Below are positions 24,961 to 37,733 of a stretch of 64,000 nucleotides of DNA, one piece after another (positions within the stretch are counted from its first letter, which is position 1; the number at the start of each line of letters is the position of its first letter). The translations under genes were made by a program, and so were the position numbers. The DNA lies in the NCBI GenBank assembly GCA_028534125.1, contig CM052852.1, positions 94,550,001-94,614,000 of the forward strand, written 5' to 3'. This stretch comes from Lama glama (lineage: Eukaryota). A model generated the notes under the pieces. It had not been told where the DNA came from and did no database searches. It saw only the letters and a program-made list of their open reading frames with translations.

Positions 24961-26270
24961 AGGGGGTATCAAGTTTTAGACTCTTCTGTTACATTGGTCT
25001 ATGTGCCTACACTTTCTGCTGGACTATGAGCTTCTCAAGGGCAATGACCAAATTACATTCACCTTTGAACCTCAAACTCCTTGCATATAGTAGGTACCTC
25101 TTCAAGGTTGCTGAATGGAAGAAGCCTGACTTCCAAATTCACATGTGGAGACACAGGTGGGCAGATCAGATACAGAAGCCAGGTCATGGCCCTACATACC
25201 CACACCTCCCAGCTATCAATATGCAGAAGTAACAATTATTCCAGCGCATCTTCTCTAAGATTAAGCATTCTGTCAGCTCCCCACATTAAAATTGCTGTGC
25301 ACAACAGCCAAGCTCAAGCTCAAGGATAATTCCATTACCGAAGTGGCCTACCCTAAGCCATTCCGAATCTTGACAAGCTGAGCCCTTACTGGGATGGTTG
25401 AGGGCACTTTCATTGGTTCATCTGCCTCCTTGACTGGGAAATTTGTGGTAAATTGGCAACACCCTCAGCCATACTGCAAACACTTTTTTTAAAGAGCTGT
25501 CAGTGGCAATTTTCAGATGGCCCTTCTCATCATCTCAGATTTTGAAGATTATAGGCCAAATCCTTAGTATAATTTTATAGACCACACACAGAGTGTCAAT
25601 TTTGTGAATCTTGACAAGTCATGTGTTTCTTCTTGGCTTAGAAAGTTGGTCTGCTTTATGCTTTTGTAGATCAGAGGCCAGAAGTCTGCTATTGTCCATG
25701 TTTATAAGATTGGTAGCTGATGGTTACACACATACATCACATCACCATTTGTGGAGATTGCGGCAGTCAGATTATGACTCTATTATGCTCTATCAGACAA
25801 TCAAACTTCACTTGACCACCCAAAACCATTATATGCCTAATAAATTAAAATAGGCTCAGGTTGTCATGTTGTCTGTGGTAAACACATTCAAACATTCTTA
25901 AAGCAAATCACTGAAAATAAGTGAATTCAGCAAAGCAAATCCTTTTGCAAGTTAACAGTACAAATTCTTTATTTACTCATAAACAGCTAATCCTGCAAAC
26001 CACTGTCGTCCTGGAAGTACCTGGCAAGGCTCCTGCTCTCTGTTGCAGATATTGCCCATGGAAACGCCACACTTGCACATCCAGTCTATGCTCAAAGGCT
26101 CATATGTGTGTAGGCTTGGTGGTGTCAGGCTGGTTGGGTCACTGCTCTGGGACAGTGTCATGCACGCCATATGATAAGAGTGGCGAATTGAAGGAAACGG
26201 AGACTATCAAAGTTCCCAGGTTGTCAACTTGGTTTAAATCACTCGCTCAGGCTTGGCCGTTATCTTTAGC

Positions 26271-26447
26271 TCAGTGCTCCTCAACCCTGGTTACACAAGA
26301 GAATGACCTGAGGACCTTTTTAAACATACCCGTGGCCAGAATCCACACCAACAGTTAATCCTGAATCTCTGGAGATGAGATCCGGGTATTCATACAGTAC
26401 AAACTCTCCAGGTGTTTCCAGTGGGCAGCCATGGACGAGAAGTAGTC
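26271..26447. mobile_element. MER5-type hAT MITE
   Basis: cagtgctcctcaaccctggttacac...gaatgacctgaggacc...gaatctctggagatg...ctctccaggtg...cagccatgg..gagaa. Confidence 0.75.
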
Positions 26448-26934
26448 CTCAGATGCTCCTACACGGTCACTGTGGCCCTGTTGCAACTCTAAGTTCATTT
26501 ATGACCCTCAGCTACTAGAAGGACTTAGTGAAAATGGATTTCTATTCTGAGAGGAACTTGGCCTTCCAACAGAATCTTTATTGGTGGGGCTGTTAGGGGA
26601 GGAGGAAAGATATTTGTGGTCAAATGTCAGCCCCCAGGCTCTCCTTGAGGTCAGTCCTCCCAGCTGTGTGTCCCTCTTCGGCATAGCTCTTTCACTCCAA
26701 GTGTCTGGGCAGTTCTCAACTATGGCCCCGGTCACGGTGCCCGGTGATGAGGGAGGCCAGGGGATGCCAGCTCTCCTCCGGGCTACATACTCAAAGTGGC
26801 GCCCTTGGGGAGTCTCGCAGAATAAGACCAGTATCCCTCCAGGCCAAATAGGGAGCTGATATTTTGCCTCAGTCTCTTTCAATGCCTCAGCTTACTAACA
26901 CAAATGGGACTGAGGAGCACGTAAAACATTGGCT

Positions 26935-27160
26935 GTAATAATAGCTAACACCTGTTGCCAGGTATTAAATGCTTCATGTATATTGATTTATTGAATCTTT
27001 ATGATACAATAGTAGGTACTATTGCTATCCCCAGATGCAGAAACTGAAGCGCAGAAGAGTTAATTTACTTGCCCAAGGTCATTAAGCTGGCAAGTGGCCA
27101 AGTCAAAATTCACAAGCAGGCAATTGGTCTCCAGATCATGCAGGCTTAATCACTGTTTTT
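26935..27160 (-). mobile_element. MIR
   Basis: taataatagctaacac...gtaggtactattgctatcccc...gaaactgaagc...ttgcccaaggtca. Confidence 0.8.
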
Positions 27161-27968
27161 CCCCTACTCACAAATCCTCCTCCTCGCCTCCCCTGGGGTT
27201 GACCCCTGTTTGGCTTTGTACTTCAATCTCTGTTCCCGTCTTCGCCCTAAAGCTGTTGCCCGGTTTTAGACTTGTTTTCTGCTTTGACCTTGGCCCTCTC
27301 CTTTGAGTACAGCCCATTAGATCCTTACCCTTTGGCTCCATCCACCAGGACCACACATCACGCCCATTCCTGGCACCTCACCTTGGCCCTGTGGGCCTGA
27401 CCCGCCGGGACTGCTCCCTGCTCAACCTCCCCACCGTCAATAGGATAATTAGTGAAAAGCAACTAGTTCTCACTGGGCCTTCTCTTTTCTGGGTTCAATA
27501 TGACCTCACACACCCTCTCCATCCTGGACGCTCTGTTTCAGACATGCTCCAGTATGTCCCTAACCCTCCCAGAGCGTCATGTTTGCGCTGACCCCACCAC
27601 TGGGTGAATGTGGCCAAGGTGCTCTGCTTCTCCCCCAACACTGTGCTCTCATGACCCCTATGGACATCCCCACCCGCCATACTGTGCGTACGTGCTTGGC
27701 CCTTAGGAGCTACCCAAGAAATATTTGCTGAATGACTGACTGACATTTTAATTTTCTGTTTATGTGTCTGTCTCCCCTACTGAACTGTAAGTGCCATGAG
27801 CTACCTTGCCTTCATTATTACATGCTTATTGTAGTCAGTCAATAAATGTTGGGTAAAAAAAATTATTTCTAGGAGTTTCATTAATAACTACTACCACCAA
27901 CCCCATGACATTACTATAATTTTTCCTACCCCTTTTGGGGCAACTTCTTATTGAGGTAAAATTCACAT

Positions 27969-28419
27969 GGAAGAAGCCAATCTGAAAAGGCTACATGCTG
28001 TATGGTTTCAACTATATAACATTCTGGAAAAGGCAAAACTACAGAGACAGTAAAAGGATCAGTTATTATTAGGGATGGGAAGAGAGGAAGGGATGAATCA
28101 GCAGAGCACAGATTTTTAGGGTGGTGAAATTATTCTGTATGATCCTTCAATGGTGGGTACGTGTCATTACACATTTGTTAAAACCAATAGAATGTACAAC
28201 ACCAAGAGCGAACCTATTGTAAACTACAGACTCCGGGTAATTATGATGTGTCAGTGCAGCTTCATCATTTGTAACGATCGTACCACTCTGGTGCAGGATA
28301 TTGATACTGGAGGAGGTTTTGTGTGTTGGGGGCTGGGGGGAGGGAGTATTTGGGAAATCTCTGTACCTTTGCTCAGTTTTGCCATGAACCTAAAATTGAT
28401 CTAAAAAATAAAGTCTATA
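27969..28419 (+). mobile_element. L1MC1/2-like 3' end nested in the antisense L1
   Basis: agaagccaatctgaaaaggctaca...ggaaaaggcaaaacta...ctaaaaaataaagtct; TSD aaaattca(c/t)at at 27958-27968 and 28420-28430. Confidence 0.8.
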
Positions 28420-30131
28420 AAAATTCATATAGCAAAATTCACCATTTAAAAATGCACAATTCAGCGGTTTTTTTAGTAGGTTCACAATGTTGTACAACCA
28501 TCACCACTCTCTAATTTCAGAATATTTCCATTACCCCTCCTCAAAAAACCCCTTACCTGTTAGCAGTCACTTCTTTCTCCCTCCCCATCCTTCCATCCCT
28601 CGCAAGCACTAATATACCTTCAGTCTCTATGGCTTTTCTTATTGTGGATATTTAATGTAAATGGAAATCATACAATATGCGGACTTGTGTGACTGGCTTC
28701 TATCACTTAGTATAATGTTTTTTAAGTTATGTTGCAGCATGTNNNNNNNNNNNNNNNNNNNNNNNNNNNNNNNNNNNNNNNNNNNNNNNNNNNNNNNNNN
28801 NNNNNNNNNNNNNNNNNNNNNNNNNNNNNNNNNNNNNNNNNNNNNNNNNNNNNNNNNNNNNNNNNNNNNNNNNNNNNNNNNNNNNNNNNNNNNNNNNNNN
28901 NNNNNNNNNNNNNNNNNNNNNNNNNNNNNNNNNNNNNNNNNNNNNNNNNNNNNNNNNNNNNNNNNNNNNNNNNNNNNNNNNNNNNNNNNNNNNNNNNNNN
29001 NNNNNNNNNNNNNNNNAATTCCTACACATCCTTGCCAATGCTTGCTTTTTCCTATTTTAAAAAAATTATANNNNNNNNNNNNNNNNNNNNNNNNNNNNNN
29101 NNNNNNNNNNNNNNNNNNNNNNNNNNNNNNNNNNNNNNNNNNNNNNNNNNNNNNNNNNNNNNNNNNNNNNNNNNNNNNNNNNNNNNNNNNNNNNNNNNNN
29201 NNNNNNNCCATTTATTAATCTGGTTATTTGTCTTTTTATTACTAAATTCTATTCTGGCTACAAATCCCTTATAAATATATGGTTGGCAAATATTTTCTTC
29301 CATTCTGTGGGTTATCTTTTCACTTTCTTCACAGTGTATTTTGATACATCAAAGTTTTGTTTTTGATGAAGCCTAATTTAACTATTTTTTATTTAGTTGC
29401 TTGTGCTTTGGTGTCATATCCAAGAAAACATTGCCTAGGCAAGGTCACACTTATGTCCATATGTTTTTCTTAGTTATATAGACACTGCTTTCACATTTAG
29501 GTATCTGATCCATTTGAGTTAATATTTGTCTATGGTATGAAACACAGATACACATTCATTCTTTTCCCGACTGGATATCCAGTCCCATTTGTTTAAAAGA
29601 CTATTTCTCACCATTGAANNNNNNNNNNNNNNNNNNNNNNNNNNNNNNNNNNNNNNNNNNNNNNNNNNNNNNNNNNNNNNNNNNNNNNNNNNNNNNNNNN
29701 NNNNNNNNNNNNNNNNNNNNNNNNNNNNNNNNNNNNNNNNNNNNNNNNNNNNNNNNNNNNNNNNNNNNNNNNNNNNNNNNNNNNNNNNNNNNNNTCCTAC
29801 AAGATTGGCTATTGAAGTTTTCTTACATTTCCATACGAGTTTTAGGATAAGCTTGTTCATTTCTATAATAGATGCAAGTTTAATAGGGGTTGCATTGAAT
29901 CTGGACATGAATATGGGGAGCATTGCCATTTTAACTACATTGTCTTCTAATCCATCAACATGGGCTGTCTTTTCATTTATTTTGGTCTTAAACTTCTTTC
30001 AACAATGTTTTGCTGGATCTAGAGTTCTTGGTTGAAAGATTTTTTGCTTTCTGCACCTTGGAATATTTCATTCCACTATCTTCTGCCCTACATAGTTTCT
30101 GGTGAGAAATCAGCTATAATTTTATTGAGGA

Positions 30132-30612
30132 GATGTGGTATATTTATACAATGGAATACTACTCAGCCATAAAAACTGGCAACATAACACCATTTGCAGC
30201 AACATGGATGCTCCTGGAGAATGTCATTCTAAGAAGTAAGCCAGAAAGAGAAAGAAAAAAACCATATGAGATCGCTCATATGTGGAATCTAAAAAAAAAA
30301 ACCAAAAAACAAAAAACAAAGCATAAATGCAAAACAGAAATAACAAACTTGTGGTTGCCAAGGGGGCAGAGGGTGAGAAGGGATAGACGGGATTTCAAAA
30401 TTGTAGAACAGATAAACAAGATTATACTGTATAGTACAGGGAAATATATACAAGATCTTATGGTAGCTCACAGAGAAAAAAATATGACAATGAATATATA
30501 TATGTTCATGTGTAACTGAAAAATTGTGCTCTACACTGGAATTTGACACAACATTGTAAAATGATTATAAATCAATAAAAAATGTTAAAAGAATTTTTTA
30601 AAAAAAGAAAAG
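30132..30612 (+). mobile_element. Young L1 3' end (family B) nested in the antisense L1, perfect 14-bp TSD
   Basis: MWYIYTMEYYSAIK relic; TSD aattttattgagga at 30118-30131 and 30613-30626; same 3' UTR as 17822-18043. Confidence 0.93.
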
Positions 30613-31544
30613 AATTTTATTGAGGATTCATTGTACATGGTGAGTTACTTCTCCCTTGTTGCTTTCAAGATACTATCTTTGTCTTTGTCTTACAACAATT
30701 CGATTATGAAGTGTCCAGGTGTGTATCTCTTTAAGTTTATCCTACTCAGAGTTCACTGATCTTCTTGGATGTACAGATTAATGTTTCTTCCAAAAATTGG
30801 ACAATTTTCAATCATTATTTCTTTAGATATTCTTTTTGTTCCTTTGTCTTTCCTCCCTTCTGGGACTCCCATTATGCATATGTTGGTAGACTTGATGGTG
30901 TCCCACAGGTCTCTGAAGCCCTGTTCATTTTTCTTCATTCATTTTTTCTTCCTTTTCTTAAAACTGGATGATCTTAATTTTTGGAGCTTTATACAGCCCT
31001 TATGGACATCTCATCCTCCAGCCTTTCCTCCAAACCTTTTTGGTTAGTCTAGTGTTTGTCCCAATTGTTATTCATTGCCTCAAGCAATGAGACTAAAACT
31101 TCTGCCTGTGCCCCAGGGTAGCAACTTCAGCATTGGGTAACTTCTGAGTCAATTGAAATAGAGAATTTTTGAGGAGGTCTTCCAGGGAATCATGAGACAG
31201 ATGCAATAATGACAATTCTTTGCTTGAAATCTGTTCTGCTCCCTCCAGAATCAGGAATGTGGGCTGTTAATTTCAAGGTTACACCCGAAATGGGTAGTGG
31301 GGGATGGGACTAGGGTGAATGAAAACACCATGAAGCATGCTGTTCTTACTGAGATTCAGTTGTGTATTTTTAAAAATAAGTGCCCACCCCTTGGGTTGAT
31401 GAAAACATTTATGTAACTTCCAAAGTTCCAAAAATGTTGATTATGACAATTTTTGCCATTTTTCATTGTTTCTCTGGAGGGGCAGAATTTTAGATTTCCT
31501 TATTCTGGCATTTTGCTAAAGTCACTTTTCATACCATTTTTGAG

Positions 31545-31860
31545 CATTTTCTGTGTTGAAAACACAAAATATCTCTTTATAAAGATCTCACTTCATCCTT
31601 ATAAAAACCTTTTACTATGGGTATTATTCTCCTTTAACAGATGAAAGTATGATGAAAATGTTCTAAAACTGAGTTTCAGTGATGGTTGTGCAACACAGTA
31701 AACTTACTAAAAATCACTGGATTTTACACTTTAAAAAAACACATGAGGAAACTGGGGCTCAGAGAAGATAAGTAATTTGCTCAAGATCACACTGAGAAGC
31801 TGCAGAACCACAATACGAATCCAGACCTAAGTCAAAAGAATATTTTCTTCCTACTATGTC
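31545..31860 (-). mobile_element. MIR interrupted by a ~95-bp plus-strand L1MB-like 3' fragment (31645-31737)
   Basis: MIR core tttaacagatga|...|acatgaggaaactggggctcagagaag split by gatgaaaatgttctaaaactg...acactttaaaaaaa; TSD aaca(g/c)atga. Confidence 0.75.
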
Positions 31861-34019
31861 AGGTGGCCTCCATTGAGAGGTCAAGTTGAAAGCCTGCTAA
31901 ATTAGAATCTAGGAAATTTAAGAGAGTTGATACCAGTTGAGGCTAGAAGTGAGCACCATTGATGGGTCCACATTCTCACAAGGAATGACTACTCCCAAAG
32001 GTTTGGTTCAGGATGTTATTAGATGGAATGTCAGATGGAGAATGTATACATAAGGCGCAGCTGATGAGTGCTGTAAGGCACTCCATGCACTTGCTAGGTG
32101 GCCATTACCCTGACTTGCCAAGGGCAGTGACGTTGTTTGTAAAACTGACCCCTGTCTCCATGCATTTGTCCTTGAGGCCAAGCCTAGCATCACTGGCTGC
32201 CTAGAGGAAGATCCTGGAGGGCCTAGAAGATTTGATTAAGAGAGCACTTCCACAGAGAGCCCTTCCTGATCCTTGGGCCAGAACAAATCCCTTATTTATA
32301 GGCTGTTGAGGGCCAATGGACCTTTCACTTGGAGCATCTTTCATCATTGCAATTTCACATGTATTAGTATGACTACTGATTCTCTATTTCCCCCACAAAA
32401 ATGCAAGATCCTAGAGGGTAGGGACCTTGAGACTTTTCACCTTTACCAGTGCCTGACACATAGAAGGGGTTAGACAAATATTTGTGAGTGAGTGAGGGCA
32501 GGAATGAATGAACAGGAAACTCAGCTTCCTTTTTTGATACAGGCTAGTCTTGTATCACCACATAAGAGGCTAAAACATCAAAATAGAGAAAGCATTGGTA
32601 AAAAAGTAAATAAGATAAACTCTAGTACAAATGGACACAGAAGAAAACAGTCAAATCATTCTGCCAGGGGTGGCTCCAGGTTTGGTTTTGCATAAACCTT
32701 ACCCAATTTGAGGGGCAACTCTTTAGGAAAAGGAATTCTGCCTGAATGTGGAATCTCCAGGACCCCTCCCACTCATGGACACAGGCATCAGCCAGCCAGC
32801 ACTTGTCTCTGGTCTAGGGCAGCTGGAAGCTTCTGCTAAGAAGCCCATGCAGAGTCCTCAGGTGAACCCCACCGGGAGCCACGATCCCTGGCTGTGGGCA
32901 TAGAGAGGGAGCACGTGACCTCCAGCAGCCATGGAAGGGGTCAGCGTGCTTCTAGTCCTGTAAGAGGTCCCCAGGCAGCTGGCAGTGCCACCTTCCCATC
33001 AACTTCTCAAGGTTCCCTGGGTGGTCTATTGTGATTGTCCCAAATTGTAGAGTGCTCAGAAGAGTCTTCTGGTTTCCAGCTCTCATGCAGAGAGAAGATA
33101 AAATAAGCCTCCCTTTTGGAGAAAGAGAGATGGGTTGAGGAGGCTTCCTGAGAATGGGGAGTGCACCTGAGACATCACCTCTGGACATGATGACACGTAA
33201 CAAATATTCAGGAAATACCTGTGGCATCAAGGTGATCAGGAACCAATCCACGGAGCCACCTTCTGGCTCTGTTCCAATCCCAAGCCTCCATCCTAGCAGG
33301 AGGCTGCAGAATGGCCTGGGGTTTGCTTAGCAATCACCAAAGCTTCCTTCCCTCTCAGACCAAAGCTGTGTCTTTCTGATTTAACTAAGCCGCAGAGTAC
33401 AAAAGCCTCCTGATATTACTTGAAAACAGTACCCTTTGCGACAATTGTGCCATCAATCCAAAGGACATGCCTCCCTCTGTGAACAGCAAGGCCAGAGACA
33501 AACAAATGGCCAGTGAAAATCATGAATCCCCCTGTGACAGGGCAGCCCAGAGAAAAGAATGGAGTTTAGCGCATTTGTATAAAAATCAAAATGGATGGTA
33601 TCTGTTTTGCAGCAAACTGAATTTCAGCCGCCCTGGCATCTAAAAAATGGCTTGCTGGTCTTCTTCAATGTCAACTACTTCAGTGCACAGGCTGCTTGTC
33701 AAGACTTTCTAGGGGAAATACAAACTAGATGGATAAACCTCCAAAAGGATCCCCCACGTCTTTCACCAACAGCAAGGCGACCGGATCTGCCAATTTCTGC
33801 AGTGCAGGGCTGGCCGGAGGACCACCTTGATCAGCTACAGAAAGGAAACAGAAGCACCAGGGCACTGGACAGGGACAGGAGAGGGGTATGCAGTTGTCAC
33901 ACCTTGAACTTGCTCCTCATTTGTCATTTCTCCATTTACATTACAAACATTTGCTGTACCCAAAGTGACAGGCGACTCTGTGATCTCTTTGTGGGCAGAG
34001 ATCTCGTATTGTTTTTTGC

Positions 34020-34900
34020 TGTGAAGAACCAGGAATACAGCGTGAAAGAAGATGTGGCCTTGGACTCCAAAGAGATCGCAAGGTAGCAGGGAGCACACAT
34101 ATAACCTAATTAAAATTCATTATGATCAGTGTGGTGACGGAGGTAGGCAAGGCACTACACCAACACTAAGAGAAAGCACTTAGTCGCAAGAGATGATGGG
34201 TGCGGGGGAGGGTGTAGCTCAGTGATAGAGTGCGGGCTTAGCATGCACGAGGTCATGGTTTCAACCCCCAGCGCTTCCATTAAAAAAAGAGAGAGAGATG
34301 ACAGAGGAAGTGGCATGTAAGATGAGATCAGAGGAAGGAGCAGCACCAGCCAGAAGGAGGGGGAAAGAAGTTTGCAGGCCGAGGGAAGTTCATGGTCAAA
34401 GGCCTGGAGACAAGGAGGAACAGGATATGCTATGGAAACCTAAGGAAGCTTAGTCTGGTTAGAAAGCCAAGTTTAGTCTGGCCAATGGGGAAGAAACAAG
34501 AGACAAGGCTCCGAAAACAGGCAGGAGCCTGATCATGAAACCATGTTAAGAAGTTTGAATGATCATTGCAGTAATGAGAAGCTATTGAAAGGTTTCAATC
34601 AAGGAAGCAGCTGCTTAGGTTTTCATTCTAGAAAGATCCCTCTGGCTTCCAGAAAGATCAGAGGATGGTTTCAAGGAAGAAATGCTGTACCCACATGGGA
34701 AGATTGTTGAAATAGTCCAAGTAAGAGATAATGGCAGCCTGAACTGAGGTAGAGATGTCAGGGACTGGAGGAAAAGAAATACTCAGGAAGTATTTTAGAA
34801 GCAAGGCACGCAGGGTGAAGGAAAAGAAACAGGGCTGTGTGCCTCCATTCCACAGGGCTGAACCGAGAGACTGGAGGAAGTATTTAGAAGGAAAAGCACA
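34020..34900 (-). mobile_element. L2 relic, interrupted by a SINE
   Basis: Antisense L2 phrases aaaggcctggag...aagaagtttgaa...aatgagaagctattgaaagg...tagaaagatccctctggct...gtccaagtaagagataatgg. Confidence 0.75.
34197..34293 (+). mobile_element. Camelid tRNA-Ala-derived SINE, short form
   Basis: ggggagggtgtagctcagtgatagagtgcgggcttagcatgcacgaggtcatggtttcaacccccagcgcttcca plus A tail; TSD agagatga at 34189-34196 and 34294-34301. Confidence 0.9.
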
Positions 34901-36439
34901 TTCAGATGTGGATCAAGAGATTGCTGCTACCAAGGGGCCCAAGGAGGTGAAGGATAGCAGCAAGGTGCCAAGGAACAGATCACTGTTGGAGTCTGTGGTC
35001 CGGGTACCCACTGTGGAGTGGGAGCTGGCTGGCAGGACTTGAGAGTGCCAAGAACCACCGTATCCTCAAAGAACAGCTAGCTTCTGTGGGCTGAGGAACA
35101 GCACCCGAAATCACATCACGCTGTTCCACCATCGTGTGTTGCAATCAGGATAATCTCAGGAACGGGAGAAGACAGAGCCCAAAGCTGGTGCGTAGATCCA
35201 GCTGGAGGAGACAAGGACAAGAGAAGAGTTCATTGTTGTGTGAGTAAACAAATAGCTGTTATTTGTCTACAGCTAATGGCAAGGTCCAACTGAACAAAAG
35301 CACGAATTGGAAGATTTCTCTGTAGTTCTCAAACTATTGTGGCTCTCCACTCATGAATACTGTCCAATCCAGTGGCATATCCTGCTTTCAGTTCTTTGAA
35401 TGGTTTTATCATTACGTCTCCTGCCTCGTTACAGTTTTTACTGAGATCCTCCACTGAAGAAGAAATAAGGTTGTGGTAGAAAATAGAGGCCGTCTGCAAA
35501 AAATGGAAAACTACATGTCAGTGCATCCTCAAAATCAGTGGTCAGGAGGGAAGAGAGGCAAAAGAAAGCCAGGGCATCTCATGGCAAAGGAAGGGGGCTC
35601 TTGAGAGCCCCCGATCCACAGATATGGGATTTCTTTTGGTCCCAGGGTTTAATGCCAGACGTTCAGAGATGTCCTGAGCCTATGAGGCCTCTTGGTGCCA
35701 GAAAGGGCCACATGCCATACACGTGGATGCCCTCCTGAGACAATCTTCTCATTCAAATGCCTCCTTGCAAATCCCAACTCAAATGAAAAAGTAAGAGCTG
35801 TCAACTCTGATATATTAGGAAGACAGTTCAAGCAGCTGCTATTTGTATTTTATTTTTAGACATCTTTTTTTCCTTCAGACTGATAACAATTTCTATAATA
35901 CTATTCCTTCTTCTAGGTCAAACAACATCTGTTGTATAAAAAAGAAAATAAACTATTTCACACTGTTGAGTTTACAGCTTCCATTTTTACTGTGCTGCAG
36001 CAATATCACGTAGTTATTTTATTTCCCATCCAAAGAAGTCGTTATGGTCGATGGTGTCAATATCCCACGGATTAAGGGGTCCCCAAGCAGACTGTGACAC
36101 GTGGTTGGGGATTTTAGTGTCAATAATCCTTGGGTATGCTCTGATATGATAAACTACAAGAGCTCCAAATGAGAAGTTCCTGTTTATCATTAAAATGGAA
36201 CCCTGATTATGCCAAGGGGCACCTTCAGAAAGTCCCCTCGCACCACATTTGTGTTTCTCCCTATCTTAGAATCTCTGGTAAAGAACAAATGCAGGTGAAG
36301 TCATTTCTGCAGCTTGGCCCTAATGATGAGGAAGGGATGCTATTAAAAGAAGCAAATGAGCAAGTTTTGACTAATGAGCAGGTTACTACAGCTAAAAATT
36401 ACCAGAGAATCAACCCCTCTGGCCTCCTTTCAGTTTGAC

Positions 36440-36780
36440 ACACAGGCTGCTTGCTCTCTCTGCCTGGAAAGCTCTCCCCGCTTCCTTACCTAGCTGATGC
36501 CTGCTCGGCCTTCAGACAGCTCGGCTGTCACTGCCATCCTTAATCCCCTCCCCCAGAGAATAGGTCAGACCCCCTTATTATACATTCTCACCATGCCATG
36601 CACCTTTCTTTTTTACCCCTTACCACCAGGTGCAATTTTACTTATATTTGTGCATTTGTGCAACTGGAGGTTCTGAGTGTAGGGACCGACCATGTCTGAT
36701 GTGCTCAATCCTGCATTTCTAGAACATAGCATGGTACGTGGGAACCTAGCATGGACGTTCAATAATTATTTGATGAATCA
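36440..36780 (+). mobile_element. L2 3' region
   Basis: ctctgcctggaaagctctccc...ctagaacatagcatggtac...ttcaataattatttgatgaat. Confidence 0.75.
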
Positions 36781-36796
36781 TCAAGGTCTCTGTTCC

Positions 36797-37225
36797 TGTA
36801 TTGGTCAGGACAGGTAGCACGAGCTGCTGTGACATACAAGCCCTGAATCTCAGCTGCTTAACACAATAAAGATTTATTTCTCATTCACATCAAGAGCTAA
36901 TGCAGATGGGACAGCTCTCATCGGTGGCTCTTTTCCAGATGATGATCCAGGGATCCAGGTTACTTCCATCTAGCGATGCTGCAGCCTTCAACATATAGAC
37001 TCCATGGTCTCTCAAGAAGGGGAAGGGAGAGAGCATGGACAGTTGTGCAGGAGATTTTATGGCCAGGCTTAGAAATGGCACACTGTCACTTCTGCCCACA
37101 TTCTATTAGCCAGAATGTGGTCACATGCTCCAATGTGACCACAAAGGTGGCTGGGAAATGTAATCCTCCTGTGTGGCCAGGGAGAGGAAGCAGGATTGAT
37201 GAGGAGCCAGTCCATCTTTGCCACA
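36797..37225 (-). mobile_element. MaLR solo LTR (MLT1K/L-like)
   Basis: tgtattggtcagga...gcttaacacaataaagatttatttctcattcac...gctgggaaatgtaatc...tctttgccaca. Confidence 0.8.
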
Positions 37226-37265
37226 TTCTCTGCTGTAACTTACCATCTTCTGCAACCATGGGCAC

Positions 37266-37733
37266 TGTATGAGTCAGAGTTCTCTGCAGAAACAATATAT
37301 AATGGTCACGGAGGCCAAGAAGTCCCACGATCTGCTATCTGCAAGCTGGAGACCCAGGAAAGCTGGTGGTGTAATTCAGTCTAAGTCCAAAGGGCCTGAG
37401 GATCAGGGGACTGATGGAATAAGTTATGGTCTGAGTCCAAAAGCCTGAGAACCAGGATCACCTCCATCCAATGGCAGGAAACGGTGGATGTCCTAGCTCA
37501 AGCAGACAGGATGAACCCACACTTCCCCTGCCTTTTTGCTTTGTGCGGGCCCTCAGAGGACTGGATGGTGCTCATCTGCATTGCTCAGGGTGAGCTGTTT
37601 TTCCTCTGTCTACTGATTCAAATGCTAATGTCTTCCAGAGACGCCCTCATGGACACACCCAGAAATCATGTTTTGCTCGCTCACTGAGAATCCTTTAGCC
37701 CTGCGTGGTTGACGTATAAAATTAGCCATCACA
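37266..37733 (-). mobile_element. ERVL solo LTR (MLT2B/C-like)
   Basis: tgtatgagtcagagttctctgcagaaaca...aagtcccacgatctgctatctgcaagctggagacccaggaaagc...ttgacgtataaaattagccatcaca. Confidence 0.88.

Larger units (their letters stand above)
27945..31560 (-). mobile_element. Old antisense L1 (L1MB-like): 3' end, part of ORF2, internal deletion, ORF1 and 5' region; hosts two later L1 insertions
   Basis: Minus-strand relics MAMLPIFMSRFNATPIK (ORF2) and KKNEQGFRDLWDTIKSTNICIMGVPEG (ORF1p, 30753-30938); contains three N-runs. Confidence 0.88.

Noticed and set aside
25921-26358. 145-aa ORF
   Set aside because: GTG start, ends inside a MER5 MITE, no homology recognised.
28639-30035. Long ORFs containing X runs
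   Set aside because: Artefacts of translating N-runs within an L1.
30753-30938. L1 ORF1p-like peptide as a domesticated gene (L1TD1-type)
   Set aside because: Short frame-broken relic, collinear with the surrounding degraded L1.
33595-34086. 163-aa plus-strand ORF
   Set aside because: Unrecognisable sequence whose 3' part runs into L2-derived DNA.
34204-34280. tRNA-Ala(AGC)-like sequences here and at 13.1, 40.2, 46.9 and 52.1 kb as tRNA genes
   Set aside because: They have A tails, mostly TSDs, and stem-breaking mutations, so they are SINE heads.
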